A DNA stretch of 48,539 nucleotides, taken from positions 1 to 48,539 of the forward strand of contig CAWAPJ010000031.1 in assembly GCA_963783885.1 (NCBI GenBank), in the 5' to 3' direction. The notes beneath the pieces were generated by a model, which did not search any database, was not told where the DNA came from, and saw nothing but the letters and a program-made list of their open reading frames with translations. Source of the stretch: Waddliaceae bacterium (GTDB lineage: Bacteria > Chlamydiota > Chlamydiia > Chlamydiales > SLFE01). Positions 30,015 to 39,626 of this stretch are shown one piece after another. Made by a program: the position numbers and the translations under genes. Positions within the stretch are counted from its first letter, which is position 1; each line of letters starts with the position of its first letter.

Positions 30015-30232
30015 TACCAAAGATAAGAACGATATAATGATCTGAACGACAAACGTGCCCGCTTTGGTATTTTATTCCAGATCCAACAATTTTCTAATAA
30101 TTTAACAGGGTGTGCAGGATCGCTCGGGGTAGGATAGGCAGTATTTTGTATCTTGCCCCAGGCGATGAAGTTCTTTTTATCATTCCTATTGTTGAGTTGT
30201 TCAATTTTCAGTGGTTAAAAATGCTCGAAGAT

Positions 30233-30964
30233 TTACTGTTTCTGCGCCAGAATAAGTGTGGCGATTCCGCCGAAAAGGGGCTTGATTGCCACATGTGAAA
30301 AGCCGGTTTTGACCAGATCGTCTGCTATGCTATTCGGCGAAACGAATTCATGTATGCTATTGCAAAGGTATTTGTAAGCTTCTTTATTGGAGGTGGCAAG
30401 TTTGCCGAGAAGGGGAAGGGCGGTAGTTAGGTAAACATGGTGACCGAAGCGAAGAAATTTGTTTTGCGGTCTTGTGAGCTCAAGAATACCGAAATGTCCT
30501 CCCGATTTAAGAACCCTTAATGTTTCCTGAAAACAGAGGGAAGGATTTTTGATATTACGTATGCCATAGGCTACAGTTGCGGCATCGATGAAATCATTGT
30601 CGAGAGGAATTGACTGAGCATCGGCCTCAAGATAGTGAATTTCGTGGCGGGCGATTTTTAAGTTACGAGCTTTTTCTTGCGCGCAAGAGAGCATTCCTTC
30701 GGAAAAATCGAGCATATAAGCAGTGACAGGATCTTTTCGACGTCGGAGATAAGGAAAGGCAATATCGCCTGTTCCACAGCAAAGATCCAGAATTGTTTTT
30801 GGTTTAAAGGGGGAATAAACATGCTTGATCAGTTCTCGATTCCACAATCGGTAAGTTTGAAACGAAAGAATGGCGTTGCCTCTTTCATAATTGACGGCAA
30901 TATCATTGAACAGTGCCTTGATGGACTCGGGATTTTGTTTGCCGTAGGGGAAAGTTCTACTCAT
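30233..30964 (-). CDS. ubiE: Demethylmenaquinone methyltransferase (UbiE/MenG)
   Basis: LDLCCGTGD, DFSEGML, YGIRN and AYKYLCNSI motifs; start moved to MSRTF. Confidence 0.95.
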   Translation of the reverse strand: MSRTFPYGKQNPESIKALFNDIAVNYERGNAILSFQTYRLWNRELIKHVYSPFKPKTILDLCCGTGDIAFPYLRRRKDPVTAYMLDFSEGMLSCAQEKARNLKIARHEIHYLEADAQSIPLDNDFIDAATVAYGIRNIKNPSLCFQETLRVLKSGGHFGILELTRPQNKFLRFGHHVYLTTALPLLGKLATSNKEAYKYLCNSIHEFVSPNSIADDLVKTGFSHVAIKPLFGGIATLILAQKQ

Positions 30965-31181
30965 CTTCAGGTTCGTTTTCTTTTTGTTTTTCTGTTTTTT
31001 TGCATATTTCACAGCTGATATCCCGGCCGCAACGTTCATCGCGGGCTTTTTCCGGGTCCATTCCGCAGGCTCCCCGAATGATACGTGCCTTGCCAGTGAG
31101 CAGAAAGCCGATGCCCAGCAATGCACAGGCGACTATGATCACTCCGAAAGCTAGTAAAATTGTGGTTACAATAGGATCCAT
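30957..31181 (-). CDS. Small single-TM Cys-rich protein (NqrM/DUF539-like)
   Basis: N-terminal TM helix followed by RGACG...C...CEIC; GAGAGG RBS; stop overlaps the ubiE start by 8 nt. Confidence 0.7.
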   Translation of the reverse strand: MDPIVTTILLAFGVIIVACALLGIGFLLTGKARIIRGACGMDPEKARDERCGRDISCEICKKTEKQKENEPEDE

Positions 31182-31213
31182 ATTAACCTCTCACACTTAT
31201 TATAGCATTTCTT

Positions 31214-33565
31214 TTAATCGTAGTCTACGTGGCAATTCGGGGTTAAGGGGATAGCTTGGCAGGTTAGAATTTTCCCCTTTTCCGCTTCGCTGTCGCTAAG
31301 AGCTTGATGCTTATTCATGATGATTTTTCCGGATTTGAGTTGGGCAATACAGGTGCTGCAGATGCCTTCTCTGCAGGAAAATGGGGGATTGAGATTTTCC
31401 CGGATGGCCGTATCGAGGATGCTTTCGTCCGGACGGCAGATAATTTGGGTCTCGCGGCCGTCAATTTTTACAGTCACCGTTTTTGTTTCCGCATCGGATG
31501 CTTCTGTTCCCTCGCCGACAATTAAAGGCTCGGCCCAAGCAGCCCCATGAACTTCCTCAAACGGTTCTGCGAGGGATGTAAATGTCTCTACATGGATTTT
31601 TTTCTCGGACACATTTTTTTGCTTGAGGGCCTCTTTTACCAAGGCAACCAGCCCTTGGGGGCCGCAGAGATAATACTCGGCATCGATCGGGCATGTTTGT
31701 AATATTTGATTGACTTTTTCGGCATCCAGCCGGCTGATAACATTTTTTCTGGACGAGTTGTTGACGGAGAGGCTGTGGATGACGTTAAATTTTTGACTGA
31801 ATGCCTCCTGCAGCTTTTCCAGGTCTTTGTCAAAAATGATCGAGTTGCTGTCATGATTGGCGAATATGAGTTTGACTTGTTCAACATGGGGTTCTTTTAG
31901 TATTGTGCGGATAAGGGACATGATCGGCGTGATGCCGCTTCCACCTGCAAACATAATGTAGCGCGCCGCTCCCGGCTTAGCTGTAAATTGTCCTGCCGGC
32001 GGGAGTACCAAGACTTCATCGTTTTCCTTGAGCTGATCGATCAGATCGTTGGAAATGAGACCTTGTTTGATTCTCTTGACAGTAATTCTCAGGTGCTTGT
32101 CTTCACCTGGATCGCTTGAGAGGGAATAGCAACGTTTATGCAGTTGTCCGGCATCCAGTAAGCGCAGCGTGATAAACTGTCCCGGTTTGTATTTGAATTC
32201 CTGCTTTAAATGATCGGGAATTTCGAAATAAAAAGAGGAGGCATCCTGTGTTTCCTGATGGACTTTTGCCACTTTTAGCATATAGTAGCGGTGCAGTTTG
32301 CCATAATTGGACTGATATTGAAACCATGAACCGTCCACATCCAGTTTTTGAGACCCGAGTGCTAGAATCTTCATGATTTTCGGAGCGATATATTTTTGGA
32401 CAAAAGGAAAGATGATACTTCTGATTTTCTTAAGAGCGGGATTATGAATGCCGAGGACGGCTTTTCCAAGCAGTCTTTGCATGCGGAAAATTTTCTTTGC
32501 TTCCGATTTTCTTTTTTGGACAAACTCGTTCAGATGAGAACTTCTGACAATTTCGTGATTATCTTTCAATGCTTGCATAATTAGAGGGTGGGCTAAGACA
32601 GCATCCTGAATGGCCAGCTTATTGCCTTGAGCTCCGATAGGCGATGCGATATGAGCGGCATCCCCAATAAGAAGCAGGCCGTCTTTGGTCCATTGTTTAG
32701 CAATGGCAATTTTAACATCGAGGTAAGAGCATTGATCGAAACTTAAAAGCACTTGCGGCAAAATGTCCTTAAGAATCGGCTTTGTCTCGATGAGGCGATT
32801 GCGGAAAGCTTCAATTCCCCCTTTTTTCAGCTCGGGATACGCTCCTTTCGGCAGAATCCAGCCGACCCGGATATGACCTTTTTCCTGAGGTATAAAGATG
32901 ACCATGCCATTTTTGGAGATCTCAAGGCCCAAATGATATTTTTCCGCTTCGACTGTCGGGAGATCAAACCAGACGACATCAAACTGATCTTTTGATTTGT
33001 GAAGTTCAATTCCTGCGGCGCTGCGAAGGGTCGAAAATCGCCCGTCGGCTGCGACAACAAGCCTGCTGCTTATGATTTGCTCCTCATTATCGATTTGTAC
33101 TTTCACGCCCGAAACCATTCCGCCCGCGAAGGCAAGATCTACTGCGGGAGTATTGCCAAGAAAGGTGAGATTGGGAAATTCTGACGCGAGTTGTATGATT
33201 TTTCTTAGAAACGGTCCTTGCTGCATGGAGAGGGCATAGTTATAGGGTTTGTCCAGAATGTCAAGGCCAAGCGTTAAAAGAGGACGCCCGCTGTCGGTGA
33301 TTTTAAATTCGTACATTTTTGAGTGATCAATCTCTAAAAGCTCATCCAAAATGCCCATTTGGTCTAAATATTTGATAACATCCGGCTGATAGGCCGGACC
33401 TCTGAATTCCCTCTCAAAAGATGTGTCTCGTTCAATCAGGAGGACATCGATTCCGCTCCTCCCCAATAGGTAGCTGAGAACAGCTCCGGCAGGACCGGCC
33501 CCGACAACAATGACATCGAATTTTGGTTTTGATGAGGAGCTTTTTTCAGTTATTTTCACTATCAT
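31214..33565 (-). CDS. Fusion of an FAD-dependent monooxygenase (UbiH/PHBH-like) with an FNR-type reductase and a 2Fe-2S ferredoxin
   Basis: N-half has GAGPAG, AADGRFS and LIGDAAH; C-half has RCYSLSS, GGSGITP, YLCGP and CREGICSTC...LTCQ. Confidence 0.88.
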   Translation of the reverse strand: MIVKITEKSSSSKPKFDVIVVGAGPAGAVLSYLLGRSGIDVLLIERDTSFEREFRGPAYQPDVIKYLDQMGILDELLEIDHSKMYEFKITDSGRPLLTLGLDILDKPYNYALSMQQGPFLRKIIQLASEFPNLTFLGNTPAVDLAFAGGMVSGVKVQIDNEEQIISSRLVVAADGRFSTLRSAAGIELHKSKDQFDVVWFDLPTVEAEKYHLGLEISKNGMVIFIPQEKGHIRVGWILPKGAYPELKKGGIEAFRNRLIETKPILKDILPQVLLSFDQCSYLDVKIAIAKQWTKDGLLLIGDAAHIASPIGAQGNKLAIQDAVLAHPLIMQALKDNHEIVRSSHLNEFVQKRKSEAKKIFRMQRLLGKAVLGIHNPALKKIRSIIFPFVQKYIAPKIMKILALGSQKLDVDGSWFQYQSNYGKLHRYYMLKVAKVHQETQDASSFYFEIPDHLKQEFKYKPGQFITLRLLDAGQLHKRCYSLSSDPGEDKHLRITVKRIKQGLISNDLIDQLKENDEVLVLPPAGQFTAKPGAARYIMFAGGSGITPIMSLIRTILKEPHVEQVKLIFANHDSNSIIFDKDLEKLQEAFSQKFNVIHSLSVNNSSRKNVISRLDAEKVNQILQTCPIDAEYYLCGPQGLVALVKEALKQKNVSEKKIHVETFTSLAEPFEEVHGAAWAEPLIVGEGTEASDAETKTVTVKIDGRETQIICRPDESILDTAIRENLNPPFSCREGICSTCIAQLKSGKIIMNKHQALSDSEAEKGKILTCQAIPLTPNCHVDYD

Positions 33566-35504
33566 CGACTTTGGCGGTTTTTGTTTTTGAGCTTTTGCCG
33601 CCTTTTTTTAATTCCATTTTTGGAGGGACAATATCGATCCAAATAGGAGAGCTCCATGCCATATGCCCGTCTTCTTGGGTCACTCGGAGATAGTAATAAG
33701 CAAAAGGGGGTTGTTTGTCCACTCCTTTGAGGGAATTTTTCTCCAATGGGGTCATGTCGTCATATTCGTAGTCGGAATAGTAATCCTCGGGATTTATCGT
33801 ATGGATTACATCTCCATTTCGAATAATCTCGATTTTATTGAGCTTTGCCGTTCCGGCGACATAGCCTGATATGTGCCTGTTAACTAGAAGCCCTGGTTTT
33901 TCCGATGTGTCGATTTCGGCTCCCATAGGCTCTCCGGCAATCGACAGTCCGACTATGATCCTTTCCCCTGTCGTCGCATAGCAACGGCGGTTGTAAAGGG
34001 CTTCGAAGATTGATTCTCTTGTATGGTTTTTGGTGAGCATTGCAGTTAACCCAGGAGGGTATTGCGTTTGTTCGTGTTCAAAAAAGTCGTAATAAATCCC
34101 GCGGTCATCAAGTCCGCCGGCCACAAATCCAAATCGACAGTTGTTATTGAGAGCATTTTGGATGGACCCTTCGGCTGATTCCACGACTCCATTTTTTTTG
34201 GAGGGGGTAATGGGACAGGGATTTCCTTCTTTTTTGGTGTTCTCGGACGACCCCCAGGCATTGTAGATCTCGACAACACGTTCAAATTCGGGATTCCAGT
34301 TTTTAAAATTGTAATGATATCCTTTTCCCATGGTAAAAGTCGGTATGGAGATCAGTTCTTTGGGGGAATAGGATTTATAGATTTTATTCAGGGAATTGTA
34401 TTTGGTGTCTTTTTTTCTCAAGATTTGTTTTTGGTCCTTGGCAAAGACAAACTGTCGAACTCCTTCCTTTCCCGGTTCTCCTTCCCACTGAAATCCCGGA
34501 AATGTTGAGAATCTGTCTTCCTCGTTGAATTCCTGGACATTACCTGCTATGAGTTTCCAAATTTCATTCGAAGTTTCCTCGGAATTCTGGCTGGGAGAGA
34601 CGCCGTAGAAGTTGTAGGCCAGCTCATCTCTGAAGTGCCTTAAGCAGCTTTCAATGTTTTCCGTCGAGTCGACCCTTTCGGATTCTCCATGGAGCGTGCC
34701 CCACAAAAGCTGTTCTTCAAGATCGGAAAAGCATTTCATGGGTGGAGAAAAATAAATATTTTGCGTGGACATGTTTTTTAGCTGCACAGTGTAGACGCCA
34801 GGATCATTAAAATAAAGATTGGGAAGGGTGATATAGCCGGTTTCGGGAATAAACAGCTTCCAGCTTAGGTTTTCCCTCAAGTGTTCGTGAGAGAGCTCAA
34901 TGAGCGTGTTTTCGCTATCCGTAGTGCTTGTCAGGTTCCCGAACTGGTCTTCAAAACGAATCACGACATCAAATCGTTTGTTTTTGGCAACGAAAGAGGG
35001 TGTAATGGCTTTGATATTATCAAGCTCGTTGCCTTTGATATCAATGGAAAAGACTTCAGGATCGGCGTATTTGCCTTTCCCGGTAGGATCAACATAGAGA
35101 TAAAAAGCCCTCCGCCTTTGCGCGTTGGCCTGAGCTTGACTCCCTTTTGGGTTCGCTCCCCACTTTTTCTCTTTAGGGTCTCCCATAAAGATAGTCACAG
35201 GCTCTCCTGCGGGAACTTTAGCGGGCAGTTTGAACAGGTATTTGGGAATGATATCATTAGCCCCGAAAACTTCTTCCGGAGCAAATGGTTTGCCATTTCC
35301 CGCTTTGGCGTATATGACATTTTCCCCAACTTTCATGTCTGTTACCGGGGCCTCCCAGTCGATCGGCCTTCCGTTGCTCATTATGTCGAACAGCAGCAGC
35401 GTTCCCTGAGGGAGGGCGGAAGAGGGGGTGAAAATAAATTTCCAGGTTCTAAATTCCCCGGCATAAGCAACAGGGGGTTCACAAGCACAAATCGACCGGC
35501 GCAT
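33546..35504 (-). CDS. DUF3604 / PHP-like domain conserved chlamydial protein (CT425-like)
   Basis: WGTLHGES, EIYNAWGSSE, GFVAGGLDDR, RRCYATTG and YYLRVTQEDGHMAWSSPIW motifs. Confidence 0.85.
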   Translation of the reverse strand: MRRSICACEPPVAYAGEFRTWKFIFTPSSALPQGTLLLFDIMSNGRPIDWEAPVTDMKVGENVIYAKAGNGKPFAPEEVFGANDIIPKYLFKLPAKVPAGEPVTIFMGDPKEKKWGANPKGSQAQANAQRRRAFYLYVDPTGKGKYADPEVFSIDIKGNELDNIKAITPSFVAKNKRFDVVIRFEDQFGNLTSTTDSENTLIELSHEHLRENLSWKLFIPETGYITLPNLYFNDPGVYTVQLKNMSTQNIYFSPPMKCFSDLEEQLLWGTLHGESERVDSTENIESCLRHFRDELAYNFYGVSPSQNSEETSNEIWKLIAGNVQEFNEEDRFSTFPGFQWEGEPGKEGVRQFVFAKDQKQILRKKDTKYNSLNKIYKSYSPKELISIPTFTMGKGYHYNFKNWNPEFERVVEIYNAWGSSENTKKEGNPCPITPSKKNGVVESAEGSIQNALNNNCRFGFVAGGLDDRGIYYDFFEHEQTQYPPGLTAMLTKNHTRESIFEALYNRRCYATTGERIIVGLSIAGEPMGAEIDTSEKPGLLVNRHISGYVAGTAKLNKIEIIRNGDVIHTINPEDYYSDYEYDDMTPLEKNSLKGVDKQPPFAYYYLRVTQEDGHMAWSSPIWIDIVPPKMELKKGGKSSKTKTAKVDDSENN

Positions 35505-35552
35505 AAATAAATCTCCAAATCTTCAAATAAGAACATTATGACTAAAAAAAGA

Positions 35553-37112
35553 TTAAACCGCAAACTCAACGGCTCTTTTTTCCCGTATTACCGTAACCTT
35601 GATTTTACCCGGATATTTCATCTCTTTTTCGATCTTTTTGGATAGGTCGCGTGCCAAGTTGAGAATGCCGTTGTCGTCAACCATGTCGGGCATCACGACA
35701 ATTCTCACTTCACGCCCTGCCTGCATCGCATAGGCCTGTTCAATCCCGGGAAACTCGTAGGCGAGATCTTCGAGTTTTCGAAGACGTTTGAAGTATTCTT
35801 CGGCAGCTTCGACTCTCGCCCCGGGTCTTGAGGCGGAAATTTTATCTGCCGATCCGCAAAGGGCCCCTTCAACTGTGATCGGCTTAATTTCACCGTGATG
35901 GCAGCCGATGCCGTTTGCGACCTCTTCTGTTTCTTCATATTTGAGGGCAAGGTCCCGTCCGATCAGAGCGTGGGTGCCTTCAATTTCGTGGGTTGCCGCC
36001 TTTCCGATGTCGTGGAGCAGGCCGATTCTTCTTGCCAGCTCGTCATTGAGGCCCAATTCCGAAGTCATAATCCCCATAAGATGAGAGACCTCTAGAGAAT
36101 GTTCCAGAACGTTTTGCCCATAGCTGTAGCGAAATTTTAATTTTCCGAGAAGGTCGATCAGTTCGGGGTGCAAATTGATGATGCCTGCTCTCATTGCGGC
36201 GTCTTCTCCGCTTTTTTTTATTTGCTTTTGGGTTGACGATTTAGCTTTTTCCACAGCCTCTTCAATTCTTGTAGGGTGGATTCTGCCGTCGGAAACCAGT
36301 TCTGAGAGGGCCAGTTTGGCGATATTTTTCCTCACTGGATCAAAGCCCGATATAATCACGATTCCGGGGGTTTCATCAATGAGAAAATTGACCCCTGTGA
36401 GTCTCTCGAGCGTTCTGATATTGCGGCCATCCCTTCCGATTATCCTTCCTTTCATATCGTCATGGGGAATGGAGACAGTAACCGTGGCCGTCTCCGATAC
36501 TGTCTCAACCGCCAGCCGGTTGATTGCTGTCGCTATGATGCCGGCCGCTAGTTTTTCACATTCTTCTTCGGTCTCTTTCTGCGACCGTCTGATCAATTGA
36601 GCCGCATCTGACTTGATTTCATCCTTAACTTTCTTAAATAACTCGTTTTTAGCCTCTTCCAGTGACAAGCCCGAGAGGCGCTCCAATTCACTAATGAGAA
36701 GGATTTGCTTTTGTGAAAGGCTCTTTTTGTCGTCTTCGAATTGTCCGCGCCTGGCCTGTAGGATGGCTTCTCTTTTATCAATGTCTTGCAGTTTCTTTTC
36801 AACGAGGTTCATCCGCCTTTCCAGTTTGTCTTCCCGTTCTTTTAATCTTTCTTCACGTTCGCTATGTTTGAGCTTTTCCCTTTGCAGCTGTTCTTCGGTT
36901 CGCCGAACCATCTCTTCTTGTTTTTGCTTGATTTCAAGGTCGGAATTTTTCCGGACGATTTCAGCTTTCATTTCGGCTTTGCTGATAATTTCCTGTGCTA
37001 AAGTCTTGAATTGACCGATTTTAATCCGATAATAGACCCACATCGAGAAGAGGCCGACAAGCGCGCCAAAAAAAGAAAAAAGCAGTATAGAAATAATTTG
37101 ATCGATACTCAT
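35553..37112 (-). CDS. rny: Ribonuclease Y
   Basis: N-terminal TM and coiled coil, KH domain (MKGRIIGRDGRNIR), HD domain (LLHDIGK), ISASRPGAR. Confidence 0.97.
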   Translation of the reverse strand: MSIDQIISILLFSFFGALVGLFSMWVYYRIKIGQFKTLAQEIISKAEMKAEIVRKNSDLEIKQKQEEMVRRTEEQLQREKLKHSEREERLKEREDKLERRMNLVEKKLQDIDKREAILQARRGQFEDDKKSLSQKQILLISELERLSGLSLEEAKNELFKKVKDEIKSDAAQLIRRSQKETEEECEKLAAGIIATAINRLAVETVSETATVTVSIPHDDMKGRIIGRDGRNIRTLERLTGVNFLIDETPGIVIISGFDPVRKNIAKLALSELVSDGRIHPTRIEEAVEKAKSSTQKQIKKSGEDAAMRAGIINLHPELIDLLGKLKFRYSYGQNVLEHSLEVSHLMGIMTSELGLNDELARRIGLLHDIGKAATHEIEGTHALIGRDLALKYEETEEVANGIGCHHGEIKPITVEGALCGSADKISASRPGARVEAAEEYFKRLRKLEDLAYEFPGIEQAYAMQAGREVRIVVMPDMVDDNGILNLARDLSKKIEKEMKYPGKIKVTVIREKRAVEFAV

Positions 37113-37217
37113 ACATTTTCAAATTATCAGAATCCTGAGAATTAGGGAAGAGTTTTTCAGTTTACAAACAAATATGGAAATATTATACTGCTTTTAATTA
37201 ATTATTAGGGAGTAGAA

Positions 37218-37760
37218 ATGCATTCAGATCATTATAATAACTATCATCATGGTTTAATTTTATATCAGAAAAATCAGTTAGTTGATGCGACTGTTCAATT
37301 TTGGACAGCATATAACAAGATAAATCAGTTCCCAGAAGAAAAAAGGCAGGACTGGATGCAAAAAGATCTCATTGAGATTGTCCAGGCTCTGATTAGGGCT
37401 CAGATTGGGCTTCTTGCCAAACAAGAAATCTGTATCGACCGAAATCGCCAAATAAATGTGATTAAAAATCTTATTGAAAAAGAAATTATAAAAAAAGGCG
37501 CAGCCCACGACCCCTTCTTTGACGAGATTTATAAATACATAAAGAATAGGGAGCAGTGCCTCCAATTGGGTAAAAAAGGTTTAGAGCTTTGCGAAAAGGG
37601 AGAAGTTCGTCAAGGTGTCAAGAAGCTGGAAAGTGCATACAAGTCGCTCGAAAAAATTAGAATTTACAAAGAAATGAATTTAGTACACGAGATTGATGCC
37701 GCTTTGATATTGAAAACATTGAATTCCTACAGCAAAGTTTTTACGCCTGATAAGGGGTAA
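37218..37760 (+). CDS. Hypothetical helical (TPR-like) protein
   Basis: 180-aa ORF with GGGAG RBS and two TPR-like segments. Confidence 0.6.
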   Translation: MHSDHYNNYHHGLILYQKNQLVDATVQFWTAYNKINQFPEEKRQDWMQKDLIEIVQALIRAQIGLLAKQEICIDRNRQINVIKNLIEKEIIKKGAAHDPFFDEIYKYIKNREQCLQLGKKGLELCEKGEVRQGVKKLESAYKSLEKIRIYKEMNLVHEIDAALILKTLNSYSKVFTPDKG

Positions 37761-37838
37761 GTGTCTTGTCGAAGGCTCTGATTGCTACCTACATTAATGC
37801 AGATTGCGATTTCTTTTGGCAATTGATTTCATTGTTTG

Positions 37839-39158
37839 TCATCGGTTATTTTTCTTAGGAGTTATTTTAACTCGTTCAACACCGCGTTCATTTGATTTGA
37901 TCACTTCGATTTTAAAATCGTCGTGGTCTATGATAAATCCCCGATTGGGAATTGTTCCAGTGCGGTGATAAATATAGCCGCCCAGGGTGTCGTAATCGGT
38001 GTCCTGGGGAATTTTAATGCCCAGCTTCTCTTCCATATCGAGGATGTTCATCTTTGTGTCGACAAGCCAGCTTCCATTTGCAAGAGGAGAAAAGAGCTCA
38101 ATGTCTTCGTCATATTCATCGGCGATTTCTCCGACAATCTCTTCTAAAATGTCTTCTATCGTGACAATTCCTTCCGTCCCCCCATACTCGTCCACAACAA
38201 TTGCAAGATGAAGCTGTTTTTTTCGGAACTCCTGTAAAAGATGAGAGATTTTTTTTGTTTCGGGAGTATACATCGTTTTCTTCACTATTGACTCAATAGG
38301 AGCTTCCAGGATTTCCGGTTTATCGGGATTTTCGGCAAATTTCATGTACTCGAGCAATATGTCTTTATACATGAGGATGCCAAGGATTTCATCGACACTA
38401 TTTTTGTAAACAGGGATGCGGCTGTATCCTTCTTCGATGATCTGATTGGCTGCGTCTTTTACAGAGGTTTTTCCATTTAGAGCAAAAATGTCGACACGGG
38501 GGACCATAACTTCCCGGGCAATGCGGTTTCTAAAGGTAACCACCGATTCGATCAGTTCTTTGTCAGTGTTGTCCAGTGCTTCTCCGGTATCCGCTTCCTG
38601 GATCATTTCGATGAGCTGCTGCTTTACCCTCATTTGAGGCTCTGAGAGTTGATTGGTGAGACTGGTTTTTGAAAGAGATTTGAATATTAGCAGCATGGGA
38701 AAGGAAAGGGGAAGTAGCAGGAGAATAAAGGGAGAGGAGATGGGTGCCAGATAGATCAGCGATTGCCTGGGATAACGGGTACCTGCCGTTCTGGGTATGA
38801 GCTCTCCTAAGATAAAGTAGATCAAGATGAAAATTAAGGTCAGGATAATGAACCACGTCAAGTTAAATGCAGATAAGGGGAACAGGTTCAAAGCGTAGAG
38901 AAGGATTACGGCAAAAAAAGCATAAAGGAATCGCATAATGCTCAGGGTGCAGAGAACGACAAAATAAACAGAATCAAATTCGTGCCCTGAAAAGATGCGT
39001 TGATGGATAAAACGAATGAAGAAAGTTCGCCCAAGGCTTCTTTGGTACTTTTGGGGTTCTCGTCGAAAGAACCTTTTCAGAGCGAAATTTGTAGCTGTTA
39101 ATGTGAAAAGGGCAATGACGATCAGAATAAGGATGCTGATGATGAGTGCGATGGTCAT
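37839..39158 (-). CDS. HlyC/CorC family transporter (CNNM-CBS-CorC domains)
   Basis: GELIPR, AREVMVPR, YSRIPVY, VVDEYGG and TIEDILEEIVGEIADEYD motifs. Confidence 0.93.
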   Translation of the reverse strand: MTIALIISILILIVIALFTLTATNFALKRFFRREPQKYQRSLGRTFFIRFIHQRIFSGHEFDSVYFVVLCTLSIMRFLYAFFAVILLYALNLFPLSAFNLTWFIILTLIFILIYFILGELIPRTAGTRYPRQSLIYLAPISSPFILLLLPLSFPMLLIFKSLSKTSLTNQLSEPQMRVKQQLIEMIQEADTGEALDNTDKELIESVVTFRNRIAREVMVPRVDIFALNGKTSVKDAANQIIEEGYSRIPVYKNSVDEILGILMYKDILLEYMKFAENPDKPEILEAPIESIVKKTMYTPETKKISHLLQEFRKKQLHLAIVVDEYGGTEGIVTIEDILEEIVGEIADEYDEDIELFSPLANGSWLVDTKMNILDMEEKLGIKIPQDTDYDTLGGYIYHRTGTIPNRGFIIDHDDFKIEVIKSNERGVERVKITPKKNNR

Positions 39159-39173
39159 AATTTTAATTATAGC

Positions 39174-39626
39174 TCATTTCAATCTAAGGTCAAGATCGAG
39201 GTTTTTGAGTCTTAGAAGGTGGCGTTTTTCGGCATCCCGCATTTTGAGGCGGTCCTCTTCCGAGATGTCATCATAACCCATAAGATGCAGCAACCCGTGA
39301 ATCGTATAGAGAAGGGCTTCATCATAAGGGTCGCAGCCCGTGTCCTTTGCGTATTTTATAGCGGTAAAAGGACAGACAAATATTTCACCCAGAACATGAT
39401 AGGATTCTTGCGTTCCAGAATCTATTGGAAATGAGATACAGTCGGTTAAACTTGGGTCGTCAAAAAATTTTATATGGAGGTCGCAAATCGCAGTCCGGTC
39501 GATAAAATTGACCGAAACCTCATCAGTTTTCACTCCTTCCGATGAGATGATTTCACGCACAATCACAGGAACAGCCTCCTCATCGAGGGGCAAATCAGCT
39601 TGCTGATTGACGACTGTGACGATCAA
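39174..39626 (-). CDS. ybeY: Endoribonuclease YbeY
   Basis: TDCISF and HGLLHLMGYD motifs. Confidence 0.93.
   Translation of the reverse strand: MIVTVVNQQADLPLDEEAVPVIVREIISSEGVKTDEVSVNFIDRTAICDLHIKFFDDPSLTDCISFPIDSGTQESYHVLGEIFVCPFTAIKYAKDTGCDPYDEALLYTIHGLLHLMGYDDISEEDRLKMRDAEKRHLLRLKNLDLDLRLK

Noticed and set aside
30965-31126. N-terminal extension of UbiE
   Set aside because: Alternative frame of the NqrM-like gene; the true start is likely 30964
34881-35510. 209-aa plus-strand ORF and similar antisense ORFs throughout the window
   Set aside because: Shadow frames of well-supported genes on the opposite strand, with no recognisable motifs
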